DNA from: Vicinamibacteria bacterium
GTDB taxonomy: Bacteria; Acidobacteriota; Vicinamibacteria; Marinacidobacterales; Marinacidobacteraceae
Assembly (NCBI GenBank): GCA_963555995.3
Contig: OY821641.1
Span: forward strand, 2,080,001-2,144,000
Length of the DNA stretch: 64,000 bases
Direction: 5' to 3'
The notes under the pieces were generated by a model. That model did no database searches. It had not been told where the DNA came from and saw nothing but the letters and a program-made list of their open reading frames with translations. Of the stretch, positions 1 through 9,060 are shown piece after piece; position 1 is the first letter of the stretch, and each line of letters begins with the position of its first letter. The position numbers were made by a program, and so were the translations under genes.

Positions 1-33
1 TTCGAGGAGCGCCGACTTGCTGGTTTCGGACAT
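1..33 (-). CDS. 5' end of a gene running off the window (MSETSKSALLE...)
   Basis: ATG at 33 on the minus strand preceded by a purine-rich GAAGGGAAAG; lies just downstream of the aldolase gene in the same orientation. Confidence 0.45.
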   Translation of the reverse strand, partial: MSETSKSALLE

Positions 34-79
34 TGGCTTTCCCTTCGGTGTCTGGTTCGGGTTCCCCGGCGGACGCGCT

Positions 80-1015
80 TCAGCGGCCGGCGGCCTGGTG
101 GCCGACGGCGAGCGCCTCCGGAGACGTCACGATGAAAACGCGGAACCCCTGCTCGATCCGCATGGCGATGTCATCCGGGCCCGCGGTGATGCCGCAGGGG
201 ACGCCGGCCTCGAGGCAGGCGGCCAGGACGGCCTGGATCGCTCCTTCCACCGCCTCCATATCGCCGTCGTAGGCGCGCCGCAGGTCGCCGGGGCCCGGCG
301 AGACGATGCTGATCCCGGGAACGCTCGTGATCTCGAGCGCGTTCTCGATGCCGATCCGGTCTTCGATGAGCAGCATGCTGACGAGTTCTCCGCCGGGGTC
401 GAGCGGCCACACGCCGGCCCGCGCCGCGTAGTCCTCCGGCGAGACTCCGAAGACCCGCGCCGCCTCGGGGTCCGCGTCCCCGCGGAGCCCGCCGGCGCCC
501 GCCGGGCTCATCGAGGCCACCGCGTGCCGGGCTTCGTCAGCGGTCTCGACGTGCGGGAAGACGATCCCGTAGGCCCCGGCGTCGAGCCCGGCCGCCGTCC
601 GCTCGGCGGCCTCGTCCATCCCGTCGCGGATCGGAGGAATCCGCAGCAGGACCGGGTGTGGATTGGCGGACCCGCGCGCGTCCGGTGGCGATAGCGCCTC
701 CTGGTACGCGGACATCGTCGGCAGATCGAAGGGCCCCCGTTCGAGGGAGTAGAAGATGAAGTCGGCCAGCTCCTGCTGCGCCATCTCCATCGCCGTTTCC
801 GGAGTCCTTTCTCCCGAGAAGATCCCGAAGACCACCTGGCCGCCTTTGAGCAGCGAGGCGACCCGGTTCCACGACGGGCCCCCGTTCCCGGCCGCCTCGG
901 GCTCGGCGGCCTCTTCTCCGGCTGGCGCCGCGTCGTCCGCCGGCGGGGACGCGCAGGCGGCGAGGCCCAGCAGGAACAGGGGGCCGGCAACGGCGAGGGA
1001 AACGGGAATCTTCAT
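80..1015 (-). CDS. HpcH/HpaI aldolase/citrate-lyase-family protein with lipoprotein signal peptide
   Basis: LLRIP, LDAGAYGIVFPHV, LLIED and GPGDL motifs; hydrophobic N-terminus ending in the lipobox LAAC. Confidence 0.8.
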   Translation of the reverse strand: MKIPVSLAVAGPLFLLGLAACASPPADDAAPAGEEAAEPEAAGNGGPSWNRVASLLKGGQVVFGIFSGERTPETAMEMAQQELADFIFYSLERGPFDLPTMSAYQEALSPPDARGSANPHPVLLRIPPIRDGMDEAAERTAAGLDAGAYGIVFPHVETADEARHAVASMSPAGAGGLRGDADPEAARVFGVSPEDYAARAGVWPLDPGGELVSMLLIEDRIGIENALEITSVPGISIVSPGPGDLRRAYDGDMEAVEGAIQAVLAACLEAGVPCGITAGPDDIAMRIEQGFRVFIVTSPEALAVGHQAAGR

Positions 1016-1163
1016 GGGACGGACGCTCCGCGGGGACGGGCTATCCTACCCGGTCGAAAGCGGCCCGCTCCGCTTCGCCAAAGTCCCCGGATCGCCCCCG
1101 GTGTCCACGGGTTCCCTCCCGCGGATTCCGGGGGCTGGCCGTTTTGCAAGAAGGAGAACTCCC

Positions 1164-1664
1164 ATGGCTTCCGTCACGCTCGGCGGCACCCCGTTCGCCA
1201 TCTCCGGCGACCTTCCCGCGGCCGGAGACGCCGCCCCCGATTTCACGCTGACCGGCGGCGATCTGGGTGACGTCTCGCTCGGCGACTACGCCGGGCAGCG
1301 GCTGGTCCTGAACGTCTTCCCGAGCGTGGACACGCCGGTATGCGCCGCTTCGGTCCGCCGCTTCAATCAGGAAGCCGCGGCGCGCGAGGGCGTGTCGGTC
1401 CTCTGCGTCTCGCGCGACCTGCCCTTCGCCCAGGGACGTTTCTGCGCCGCCGAGAACATCGAGGCGGTGAGCTGCGCCTCGGAGATGCGCGACGGCTCGT
1501 TCGGCGACGCCTACGGCCTCCGGATCACCGAGGGACCGCTGAACGGCCTGCTGGCGCGTGCGGTGGTCGTCGTGGACGGCGACGGCACGGTCCGCTATTC
1601 CCAGCTCGTTCCGGAGATCAAGGAAGAACCGGACTACGACGCGGCGCTGGCGGCCTGCAGCTGA
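1164..1664 (+). CDS. tpx: thiol peroxidase (atypical 2-Cys peroxiredoxin)
   Basis: FPSVDTPVCAASVRRFN and SRDLPFAQGRFC motifs; AAGGAG SD upstream of ATG 1164. Confidence 0.95.
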   Translation: MASVTLGGTPFAISGDLPAAGDAAPDFTLTGGDLGDVSLGDYAGQRLVLNVFPSVDTPVCAASVRRFNQEAAAREGVSVLCVSRDLPFAQGRFCAAENIEAVSCASEMRDGSFGDAYGLRITEGPLNGLLARAVVVVDGDGTVRYSQLVPEIKEEPDYDAALAACS

Positions 1665-1812
1665 GGCTGCGGGTGCCCCGACCGCGGCGGGATTCCGGGC
1701 GGCCCCTGCGTGATAGAGTCGCGGATTCCTTGCATCTTCCCGCGCGTCCCGACCTGAGAAACCCGTCTCCCCCACGAAATTGACGGCTGCGCAGGAAGGG
1801 GGAGCCGACCTC

Positions 1813-2511
1813 ATGGACCCCCCCTCCGAGGAAGAACTGTCCGAGGACGAACCGTCACCGGAAGAACTGTCCGGCGAGGATGGAGACGACGGCGGCGTCC
1901 CCCCGGCCCCGGTTCCCGGCGTCTTCGAGCTGGGGGACTTCGTCTTCTATCCGCAGATCGGCCACTGCGACGTCGGGGAGGTGATCCATGACGCCCAGAC
2001 GGGTCTCGATCTCCTCGAACTGAACCCGCAGGACTCCTCGAGCGGGAACCGGATCCTGGTGCCGGTCGCGCAGGCGGCCAGCCGGGGCATCCGCCACGCC
2101 GGGGACTCGCCCGGAGTGATCGAGGAGGTCCTCGGTTCGGACTTCGAGCCGACCATCCACGACGTCACCAAGCGTCTGGACCTGATCACGGCTCAGGAGC
2201 GAGAAGGGACCGTGCGCAGTCTCGCCCTTGCTCTGAAACGCCTGCATTTTCGCCATGAGGAGAAGATCATCAGCCGGGAGGAGGAGAAGCGCCGCTCCCG
2301 CATCCGCAAGTGGCTGGTCGTGGAGTACATGACGGAGAAGGAGGGCACCGCCGGCCAGGCCCAATCGGCGATCACCCGGCTCTTGTCGGGGACGATGAAG
2401 GCAGTTCGGGAACGCCGAGTGGAAGATGCTCGGCGAGAGCGACAGCAGCAACGCGCCGAGCGGAAGGCCGCCGAAGCGGAGCGGAAAGCACGCCGCCGCG
2501 GCCGCAGTTAG
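1813..2511 (+). CDS. CarD/CdnL-family RNA-polymerase-binding regulator (divergent)
   Basis: FELGDFVFYPQIGHCDV...ILVPV..A..RGIR matches the CarD/TRCF RID domain; the start could instead be TTG 1780. Confidence 0.7.
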   Translation: MDPPSEEELSEDEPSPEELSGEDGDDGGVPPAPVPGVFELGDFVFYPQIGHCDVGEVIHDAQTGLDLLELNPQDSSSGNRILVPVAQAASRGIRHAGDSPGVIEEVLGSDFEPTIHDVTKRLDLITAQEREGTVRSLALALKRLHFRHEEKIISREEEKRRSRIRKWLVVEYMTEKEGTAGQAQSAITRLLSGTMKAVRERRVEDARRERQQQRAERKAAEAERKARRRGRS

Positions 2512-2553
2512 CCGACCGCGGGACGCGCCACCGGAATAGCATCCGGTAGGACG

Positions 2554-4176
2554 ATGACCCGCCGTTCCCTCTTCGGACGCCCTCCCTCACTGCCGCCGCC
2601 GGTCCCGCCACCCGCGACGGAACCCCGGATCGAGACGGCTTCCGCCGCCCGTCCCGGGTCGGCCGCGTCCCCGTTCTCGATCCGGGAGGTCAGCGCCCGC
2701 ATCCGGGAGGTGCTGGAGGACGGCTTCCCACGGAGCTTCTGGATCGAAGGCGAACTCTCCCAGGTGGGCCGGCCGCAGAGCGGCCACCTCTACCTGTCCT
2801 TCCGCGAGGAACGGGTCGTCCTCGAGGCGGTGGCCTGGGCCAGCGATGCCCGGGGCTTCGCGTTCGTTCCCGAGCCGGGGGACCGGATCCGCGCCTTCGG
2901 GCGGCTGCGCACCTATGACGGCAAGAGCCTCTACCAGTTCCAGGTCCAGCGCCTCGAGAAGGCCGGGATGGGAGCGCTGCTGCAGGAACTCCAGGAACGG
3001 GAGGCGCGTCTCGAGCGCGAGGGGCTCTTCGATCCGGCGCGCAAGCGCGAACTGCCCTTCCTCCCGCTCCGGATCGGGCTGCTGACCGCCGCCGGCAGCG
3101 ATGCGTCGGTGGATTTCACGAAGACGGCCCGGATGCGGTTCCCCGGCGTCGGGATTCGGGAACACCACGCCCCGGTCCAGGGGCCCGGGGCGCCGGGGGC
3201 GCTGGCCGCCGGGATCCGGGCGCTGGGCCGCCAACCGCTCGACGTCATGGTGGTGGCCCGCGGCGGTGGTTCGGTGGAGGACCTCCTGCCCTTCAGCGAC
3301 GAGCTCGTGGTGCGCGCGGCCGCCGCCTGTCCGGTGCCGCTCGTGAGCGCGATCGGCCACGAGCAGAACCGTCCCCTCCTCGACCGCGTGGCGGACCTCC
3401 GCTCCAGCACGCCCTCGGCGGCCGCCCGCGACATCCTCCCCCTGCGGGAGGACCTGGTCCGCGAGGTCGAGGCGCGCCGGGGAGCGGCGGAGACCACCGT
3501 GCGGCGCGCCCTCAGGGCGGCGGAGGGCCGGGCGGCGGCGTTCCGGACCCACCGGGCGACCACGGCGCTGCCCGCGTGGCTCGAAGCGGAACGGCGGGGC
3601 CGGCAGCGCGACCGGTCCGCGGCGCTCGAAGCGGCCCGGAGCGGCATCCGCAGCCGGGAGGCCCGCCTGCGCGCTTCCCGGGAGCGGCTCGACCGGAACC
3701 ATCCGGCGCGGCGGCTCGCCGAACAGGCCACCCAGTTGCACCGGCTCCGGGCGCGCCTGGCCGGTTTGTCCCTGCTTCGCGGTCCGGAGGCGCGGCTCGA
3801 GACGGCCCGGCGCCGGATCTCTCCCGAACCGCTCTACCGGCTCGTCGAAGCGGAACGCGCCGCACTGGCCGGCCGCCGCGCCCAACAGGCCGCCGCGGTC
3901 CGGCGGTCGCTGGAGCGCCGCGCCTTCGTCTCCGGGGCGGCGGCCCGGAAGCTCGGAGACCTCGACCCGCGGGTCGTCCTGCGGCGCGGCTACAGCCTGG
4001 CGCTCGATGCGGAGGGACGCGCGCTCGCTTCCAGCCGCGGCGTGCGCGTGGGGGACCGCCTGCGGCTGCTGCTCGGCGAGGGGGAACTCGGCGCGGCGGT
4101 CGAGGAGGTGCGCCCGCCCGCGGACGCGACGAACCCGGCTTCCACGCGCCAGAATCCCGAAGGGAGTGAGTCATGA
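2554..4176 (+). CDS. xseA: exodeoxyribonuclease VII large subunit
   Basis: WIEGELS, SGHLYLS, ARGGGSVEDL, SAIGHE and VLRRGYS motifs. Confidence 0.95.
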   Translation: MTRRSLFGRPPSLPPPVPPPATEPRIETASAARPGSAASPFSIREVSARIREVLEDGFPRSFWIEGELSQVGRPQSGHLYLSFREERVVLEAVAWASDARGFAFVPEPGDRIRAFGRLRTYDGKSLYQFQVQRLEKAGMGALLQELQEREARLEREGLFDPARKRELPFLPLRIGLLTAAGSDASVDFTKTARMRFPGVGIREHHAPVQGPGAPGALAAGIRALGRQPLDVMVVARGGGSVEDLLPFSDELVVRAAAACPVPLVSAIGHEQNRPLLDRVADLRSSTPSAAARDILPLREDLVREVEARRGAAETTVRRALRAAEGRAAAFRTHRATTALPAWLEAERRGRQRDRSAALEAARSGIRSREARLRASRERLDRNHPARRLAEQATQLHRLRARLAGLSLLRGPEARLETARRRISPEPLYRLVEAERAALAGRRAQQAAAVRRSLERRAFVSGAAARKLGDLDPRVVLRRGYSLALDAEGRALASSRGVRVGDRLRLLLGEGELGAAVEEVRPPADATNPASTRQNPEGSES

Positions 4177-4640
4177 GCGAACCCGGCGACCCCACCCCGC
4201 CACCCGAGGCGACCTTCGAGGCGCTGGAAGCCGAACTGGAGGCGGCGACGCGCCGGCTCGAGGACGCCTCCGTCCCGCTGGAGGAGCGCCTGGAGCTCCA
4301 CGCCCGCGCGGCCTCCATGCACCGGCGGCTCGAGGCCACCTTGGAAGCGGCGCGGAAGGCCACCGCCGAAACCGGCGCGGACGCGGCCTCCGGGAGCCGG
4401 CCCGGCGGCGAGGAGGCCGCCGAGCCGTACGAGAAGGTGCGGAACCGCTTGGCCGCGGTGGTGAGCGCGCTGGAGGCGGACGACCTGCCGCTGGCCCGCG
4501 TCATCGAGCTGCACCGGGAGGCGCAGCGCCTCGCGGCCCGCTGCGAGGCGATTCTCGACGGCGCCCAGGAAGCGGTGGCGCGGGCCGCGGTCGGGACGGG
4601 CGCCGGCGAAACGGATCCACATTCGGATGCCCCCGTCTGA
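4173..4640 (+). CDS. xseB: exodeoxyribonuclease VII small subunit, two tandem domains
   Basis: Two XseB-like repeats (TFEALEAELE...VPLEE and PYEKVRNRL...LPLAR); ATGA overlap with xseA; lies between xseA and ispA. Confidence 0.8.
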   Translation: MSEPGDPTPPPEATFEALEAELEAATRRLEDASVPLEERLELHARAASMHRRLEATLEAARKATAETGADAASGSRPGGEEAAEPYEKVRNRLAAVVSALEADDLPLARVIELHREAQRLAARCEAILDGAQEAVARAAVGTGAGETDPHSDAPV

Positions 4641-5574
4641 AGCCGTCCATCCCGCGACGTCAGCGGAAGTGGACCTCGGAGCGTTCCTCTCCGGCTGCGC
4701 CCGGGAGGTGAACGCGTTCCTCGACCGCGCGCTCCCCCCCGCGGCCGGCCCGGCCGTGACGCTCGCGAGCGCCATGCGCTACGCCGTGCTCGGCGGGGGC
4801 AAGCGCATCCGCCCGGCCCTCGCGATGGCGTCGGCGATCGCGGTCGGCGGCGAGCGGCGGGACGCCCTGCCCGCCGCCGGGGCGCTCGAAATGGTCCACA
4901 CCTACTCCCTGATCCACGACGACCTGCCGTGCATGGACGACGACGACCTGCGGCGGGGGCAGCCGACGGTGCACGTCCGCTACGGCGAGGCGGTCGCCAT
5001 CCTCGCGGGCGACGCCCTCCACACCCTGGCGTTCGAGACCATCGCCGGGAGCGACGCGCCGCCCGAAGTCCGGCTCGCATGCGTGGAGCGCCTCGCCGCG
5101 GCGGCCGGCCCCGCGGGCATGGTGGGCGGACAGGTGCTCGACATCGAAGCCGAGCGCCGGACTCCCGACGCCCGGGGTCTCGAGGCGATCCACCGCGGGA
5201 AGACCGGGGCGCTTATATCCGCGTCGCTCGCGCTGGGCGCGCTCGCCGGAGGGGGCAGCGTCCGGCAGGCGGACGCCCTCGCCGCCTTCGGCCGGGAGCT
5301 CGGGCTCGTCTTCCAGATCGTGGACGACCTGCTCGACGAGGAGGCGACGAGCGCCCGGCTCGGCAAGTCGGCCGGCAAGGACCGCGCCGCCGGGAAGGCC
5401 ACCTATCCCGCGATCCACGGGATCGAAGGCGCCCGCGCCGAGGCCTCCCGGCGGGCGGCGCTGGCCCGGGAACTCCTGGCCGCGGTGGGCAGGGAGCCCG
5501 GTCCGCCCGTACATTCCGCCGGAATGCGCCTCCTGGACGCGCTCACCGGCCGCATCCTCCATCGGAAGAGCTGA
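4627..5574 (+). CDS. ispA: farnesyl/geranylgeranyl diphosphate synthase
   Basis: GGKRIRP, HDDLPCMDDDDLRRG, GKTGAL and FQIVDDLLD motifs. Confidence 0.95.
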   Translation: MPPSEAVHPATSAEVDLGAFLSGCAREVNAFLDRALPPAAGPAVTLASAMRYAVLGGGKRIRPALAMASAIAVGGERRDALPAAGALEMVHTYSLIHDDLPCMDDDDLRRGQPTVHVRYGEAVAILAGDALHTLAFETIAGSDAPPEVRLACVERLAAAAGPAGMVGGQVLDIEAERRTPDARGLEAIHRGKTGALISASLALGALAGGGSVRQADALAAFGRELGLVFQIVDDLLDEEATSARLGKSAGKDRAAGKATYPAIHGIEGARAEASRRAALARELLAAVGREPGPPVHSAGMRLLDALTGRILHRKS

Positions 5575-6572
5575 TGTCCCGAAACAGCCCCGCCCGCAGG
5601 AGCGCCCGCCCCCGCCGCGGGGCGCCGGTATCGAACGCCCGGCGCTTCGTCCCTCCCGAGGGGGGGGGTCTCCGGGTGGGGATCGCGGCCAAGATCGCCG
5701 CGCCCGAGGCGCCCGCCACCACCCGCGGGCTGGCCGGCTGGCTCGAGAGGCGGGGCGCCGTCGTCGCTCTCGAGGAGAAACTCGCCGAGGCGATCGCCTG
5801 GGGCGGGGCCTCGGCGCCCTTCGAGGTGATCGGGCGCGACCGGGACCTGGTGCTGGTCCTCGGGGGCGACGGCACGCTGCTGTCGGTCGCCCGCGCGATG
5901 GGCGAACGGCAGGTCCCCATCTTCGGGGTGAACCTGGGGAGCCTCGGCTTCCTCACCAACGCTCCGCTCGACCAGCTCTACCCGGAGCTCGAGAAGATCC
6001 TCGCCGGCGAGGGGGTGGTGGACGAGCGGACCACGCTCCGGACCGCGCTCCTCCGCGACGGCGAGACTCTGGTCGAGGAGATGTCGGTGAACGACGTGGT
6101 GATCACCGGCAGCTCCATCGCCCGGGTGATCGAGGTGCGGATCACCACCGCGCACGGCTTCGTCGCCACGGTGCTCGGCGACGGTGTCATCGTCGCCACC
6201 CCCACCGGGTCCACCGCCTACAACGTCGGCGCCGGCGGACCGGTGGTCCACCCGGCGGTCGAGGCGATCGTCCTCGCCCCCATCGTGCCGCTGACCCTGA
6301 CCCAGCGGCCGGTCGTCTTCCCGGACACCGAGGACCTGACCCTGACCCTCCGGGGGCGCCGCCGCCAGGTGCACGTGACCTTCGACGGCCAGGCGAGCCA
6401 TCCGCTGCTCCCCGGGGACGTGCTCAAGGTCCGGAAGTCGGACATCCGGGTCCAGCTCCTCAGCCTGCCGGAGACCAACTACTTCCGGGTGCTGCGCAAG
6501 AAGCTCCTCTGGAGCGCCCTGCCCCCCAAACGCGCCCGCGCGACGATCCCCGAACCACCCGATCCCACCTGA
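5574..6572 (+). CDS. nadK: NAD kinase
   Basis: LGGDGTLL, GVNLGSLGFL and ATPTGSTAY motifs; ATG overlaps the ispA stop. Confidence 0.95.
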   Translation: MSRNSPARRSARPRRGAPVSNARRFVPPEGGGLRVGIAAKIAAPEAPATTRGLAGWLERRGAVVALEEKLAEAIAWGGASAPFEVIGRDRDLVLVLGGDGTLLSVARAMGERQVPIFGVNLGSLGFLTNAPLDQLYPELEKILAGEGVVDERTTLRTALLRDGETLVEEMSVNDVVITGSSIARVIEVRITTAHGFVATVLGDGVIVATPTGSTAYNVGAGGPVVHPAVEAIVLAPIVPLTLTQRPVVFPDTEDLTLTLRGRRRQVHVTFDGQASHPLLPGDVLKVRKSDIRVQLLSLPETNYFRVLRKKLLWSALPPKRARATIPEPPDPT

Positions 6573-6645
6573 CGCCGGCGTCCCAGGCCGTACGCGTCGT
6601 TCGGGCGAGCAGCGATTCGCGGTTCCGCGGCGCTCCGCGCCGCGG

Positions 6646-6671
6646 GTGCCGGTCTGAAGACCGGCGCTCCC
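6646..6671. repeat. REP-like palindrome (type A, solo)
   Basis: GTGCCGGTCTGAAGACCGGCGCTCCC between the convergent nadK and BON genes. Confidence 0.85.
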
Positions 6672-7721
6672 TCAGTGTTGGAGGCGGTTGATGACCCGGA
6701 AGACGCCCGGGGTGCTGCGGGCGATGGACTCCAGGATCCGCGATTCGATGGCGCTCCGCACCACCCCGGTCAGGGCCACCACGCCCCTTGACACCACGAT
6801 GTGGATCGGGGGGTTGATCTGGTTGGCGCGGTCCGAGAAGCGGGGGTCCCGGTAGATCCGGTAGAAGAGCGCGCGGCGGAGGTCCTGGTCGTTGGGGGAG
6901 AGCGGCAGGACCTCGATCTGGTTGTCCACGCGCTTCACGCCGAAGACCCGGGCGACCCGCTTTTCGATCTCCGTCTTCTTGAAGGGCTCGGTGACCGCCC
7001 CCCGGAGGATGATCACGTAGGGCTCGTCCATGCCGAAGTTGATGTCGTCGAAGACCGTGTAGTAGGAGTAGCGGAGCACGGCGCTGCGGATCCCGTCCAC
7101 GAGGTCCTCCATGCTCTCGGGCTCCGCGACCTCGAGGTCCGGGTCCACCGCGAGCACGCCCTCGATCTTCTCGGCCCGCTCCACCACCTCGCGCCGCTCC
7201 CAGGCGCTCACCACCTGACCGGTGAGCCGGACGACGCCGCCGTTCACGCTGACCCGGGGATCGTTCCCGGCGAGGTCCGCGCGCTCGATCTCCCGCGCCA
7301 CGTCGGCGCGCACCGCGTCATCCGGCCGGGTGACCATCCCCTCGGGGCGCGGCGGCGGAGCGGCGGCCGCCTCGTCCTCGGGGGCGCCGGCGGATTCCGG
7401 ATCGCCGGCTTCCGCCTCCGGGTCCGCGAGGTCCTCCGGTTCGAGGACCGTGATGTCGGTTTCCACGGCGGTGACGCCGTCCACGAAGAGGGCGATCTCC
7501 ACGACCCGCGAGCGGGTGGTCTCGTTCAGCACCTCGCCGGAAAGGATCGCCACACCGTCGCGCACGTCCACCTCGAAGATGCCGATAGGCAGGTCGGCCT
7601 CCTCGATCGCGCCGACGATCTCGTCGCGCAGGAGCGTGTCGGAGCGCGGCTGGGCGGCCAGAGGCGCCGTCAGCAGAACGGAAAGGACGATCGAAACAAG
7701 GAGGGTCATGGACTTCTGCAT
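6672..7721 (-). CDS. secreted protein with four BON domains
   Basis: Signal peptide (...LLTAPLAA/Q) and four repeats of V.V..GVV.L.G.V......GV..V.N/D.L.V. Confidence 0.88.
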   Translation of the reverse strand: MQKSMTLLVSIVLSVLLTAPLAAQPRSDTLLRDEIVGAIEEADLPIGIFEVDVRDGVAILSGEVLNETTRSRVVEIALFVDGVTAVETDITVLEPEDLADPEAEAGDPESAGAPEDEAAAAPPPRPEGMVTRPDDAVRADVAREIERADLAGNDPRVSVNGGVVRLTGQVVSAWERREVVERAEKIEGVLAVDPDLEVAEPESMEDLVDGIRSAVLRYSYYTVFDDINFGMDEPYVIILRGAVTEPFKKTEIEKRVARVFGVKRVDNQIEVLPLSPNDQDLRRALFYRIYRDPRFSDRANQINPPIHIVVSRGVVALTGVVRSAIESRILESIARSTPGVFRVINRLQH

Positions 7722-7765
7722 GGATTGTGGCCTGTATCCCCGAAAATGCAACCGTCATGCCGCCC

Positions 7766-7929
7766 GGGAGCGCCGGTCTTCAGACCGGCACAGCGGGCCG
7801 AAGGCCCGCGGATGACGTTCCCCCGTTGGGCTGTGATCCACCGAGAGAAAAGCCCCATCGCGCGGATCAGCGTCTTGCCGTGCGCTGCGCCGTGGCGCAG
7901 CGCGTGCCGGTCTGAAGACCGGCACTCCC
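7766..7929. repeat. REPIN-like element (two inverted type A REPs, 164 bp)
   Basis: GGGAGCGCCGGTCTTCAGACCGGCAC at 7766 and GTGCCGGTCTGAAGACCGGCACTCCC ending at 7929; spacer homologous to the 15138 element. Confidence 0.88.
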
Positions 7930-7931
7930 AG

Positions 7932-8441
7932 CTATTCGTCCTGGTACTGACCCGCGTAGGTTCGGTCGGCGGGGGCCGCGAGCTGGAAGAAGACCAGTTG
8001 GAGGATGCGGGCGTTCCGCGCGAGTTCGAGGCCGTCCGGGTGGTGGACGGTGAGGAGGGAGCCGCTGCGGCCGCGGTAGCCGGAGTCCCAGAGCGCGGTG
8101 CCGATCTGCGCGCCGCTGCGGAGCAGGGAGGACCGGGTGCGGCCGATGGCGAACACGTCCGGGGGGATGTTGACGACCTCGTTGTAACGCACCCACCAGG
8201 GGCCGGCGGCGAGCCGGTGGACGCCGTCCCCGTCAGGCGCGAGCGGCGCGGGGGACGGGATGCGGCGGGTCGCGTTGTCGAAGTCCACCCGGCCCGGGCC
8301 CGCGCCGAAGCGGCTCACCTCGGCGAGGGTGAGGTCCACCCCGTTCATCTGGATCTGGGTCTCCGGGTCCACCAGACCCGCAAGCAGCGGGGGATCGTCG
8401 TTCAGCCGCCGCCGGAGGGCGGCGCCCGCGATCAGTTCCAC
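7932..8441 (-). CDS. dUTP pyrophosphatase, archaeal-type (dCTP deaminase/dUTPase superfamily)
   Basis: QIQMNGVDLTL, RSSLLRSG, ALWDSGYRGRS, NARILQLVF and Y.GQYQ motifs; GTG start 8441. Confidence 0.8.
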   Translation of the reverse strand: MELIAGAALRRRLNDDPPLLAGLVDPETQIQMNGVDLTLAEVSRFGAGPGRVDFDNATRRIPSPAPLAPDGDGVHRLAAGPWWVRYNEVVNIPPDVFAIGRTRSSLLRSGAQIGTALWDSGYRGRSGSLLTVHHPDGLELARNARILQLVFFQLAAPADRTYAGQYQDE

Positions 8442-8451
8442 GTCCGGAGAA

Positions 8452-9036
8452 TCAGCCCTCGGACTGGCCGGCGGCGCCGAGGATCGTGGGCAGGGTGATG
8501 TGCTCCTGGCCCTGGTACTTCCCCTTCTTGTCCCGGTAGCTGGTCTCGCAGTCCTCGTCGCTCTCGAAGAAGAGCACCTGGGCGATCCCCTCCCCGGCAT
8601 AGATGCGGCAGGGGAGCGGGGTGGTGTTCGAGATCTCGAGCGTGGCGTTCCCTTCCCACTCGGCGTCGAACCCGGTCACGTTGATGATGATCCCGCAGCG
8701 GGCGTAGGTGGACTTGCCGATGCAGATGCCGTACACGTTCCGCGGCATCCGGAAGTTCTCGACCGTGTTCGAGAGCGCGAAGGAGTTGGGCGGGATGACG
8801 CAGACCTCGCCCTTGTAGTCCACGAAGCTCTTCTGGTCGAAGTTCTTCGGGTCCACGATCGCGGTATGGACGTTCGTGAAGATCTTGAACTCGTCCGAGA
8901 CCCGAATGTCGTAGCCGTAGGCGGAGAGCCCGTAGGAGATGACCCCCTGCCCCACCTGGTGGTCCACGAAGGGATCAATGAGCCGGTGCTCCTCCGCCAT
9001 CCGGCGGATCCAGCGGTCCGGTTTGATGCTCGGCAG
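8452..9036 (-). CDS. dcd: dCTP deaminase (probable CTG start)
   Basis: [34 protein letters not shown] and GKYQGQ motifs; the conserved N-terminus lies upstream of ATG 9000. Confidence 0.92.
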   Translation of the reverse strand: MPSIKPDRWIRRMAEEHRLIDPFVDHQVGQGVISYGLSAYGYDIRVSDEFKIFTNVHTAIVDPKNFDQKSFVDYKGEVCVIPPNSFALSNTVENFRMPRNVYGICIGKSTYARCGIIINVTGFDAEWEGNATLEISNTTPLPCRIYAGEGIAQVLFFESDEDCETSYRDKKGKYQGQEHITLPTILGAAGQSEG

Positions 9037-9060
9037 TTCGGGGTTCCTCTCGCGGCGGGC

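Noticed and set aside
5660-5668. G9 tract in nadK as a phase-variation switch
   Set aside because: The gene is in frame and normally essential; such runs are plausible by chance at this GC content
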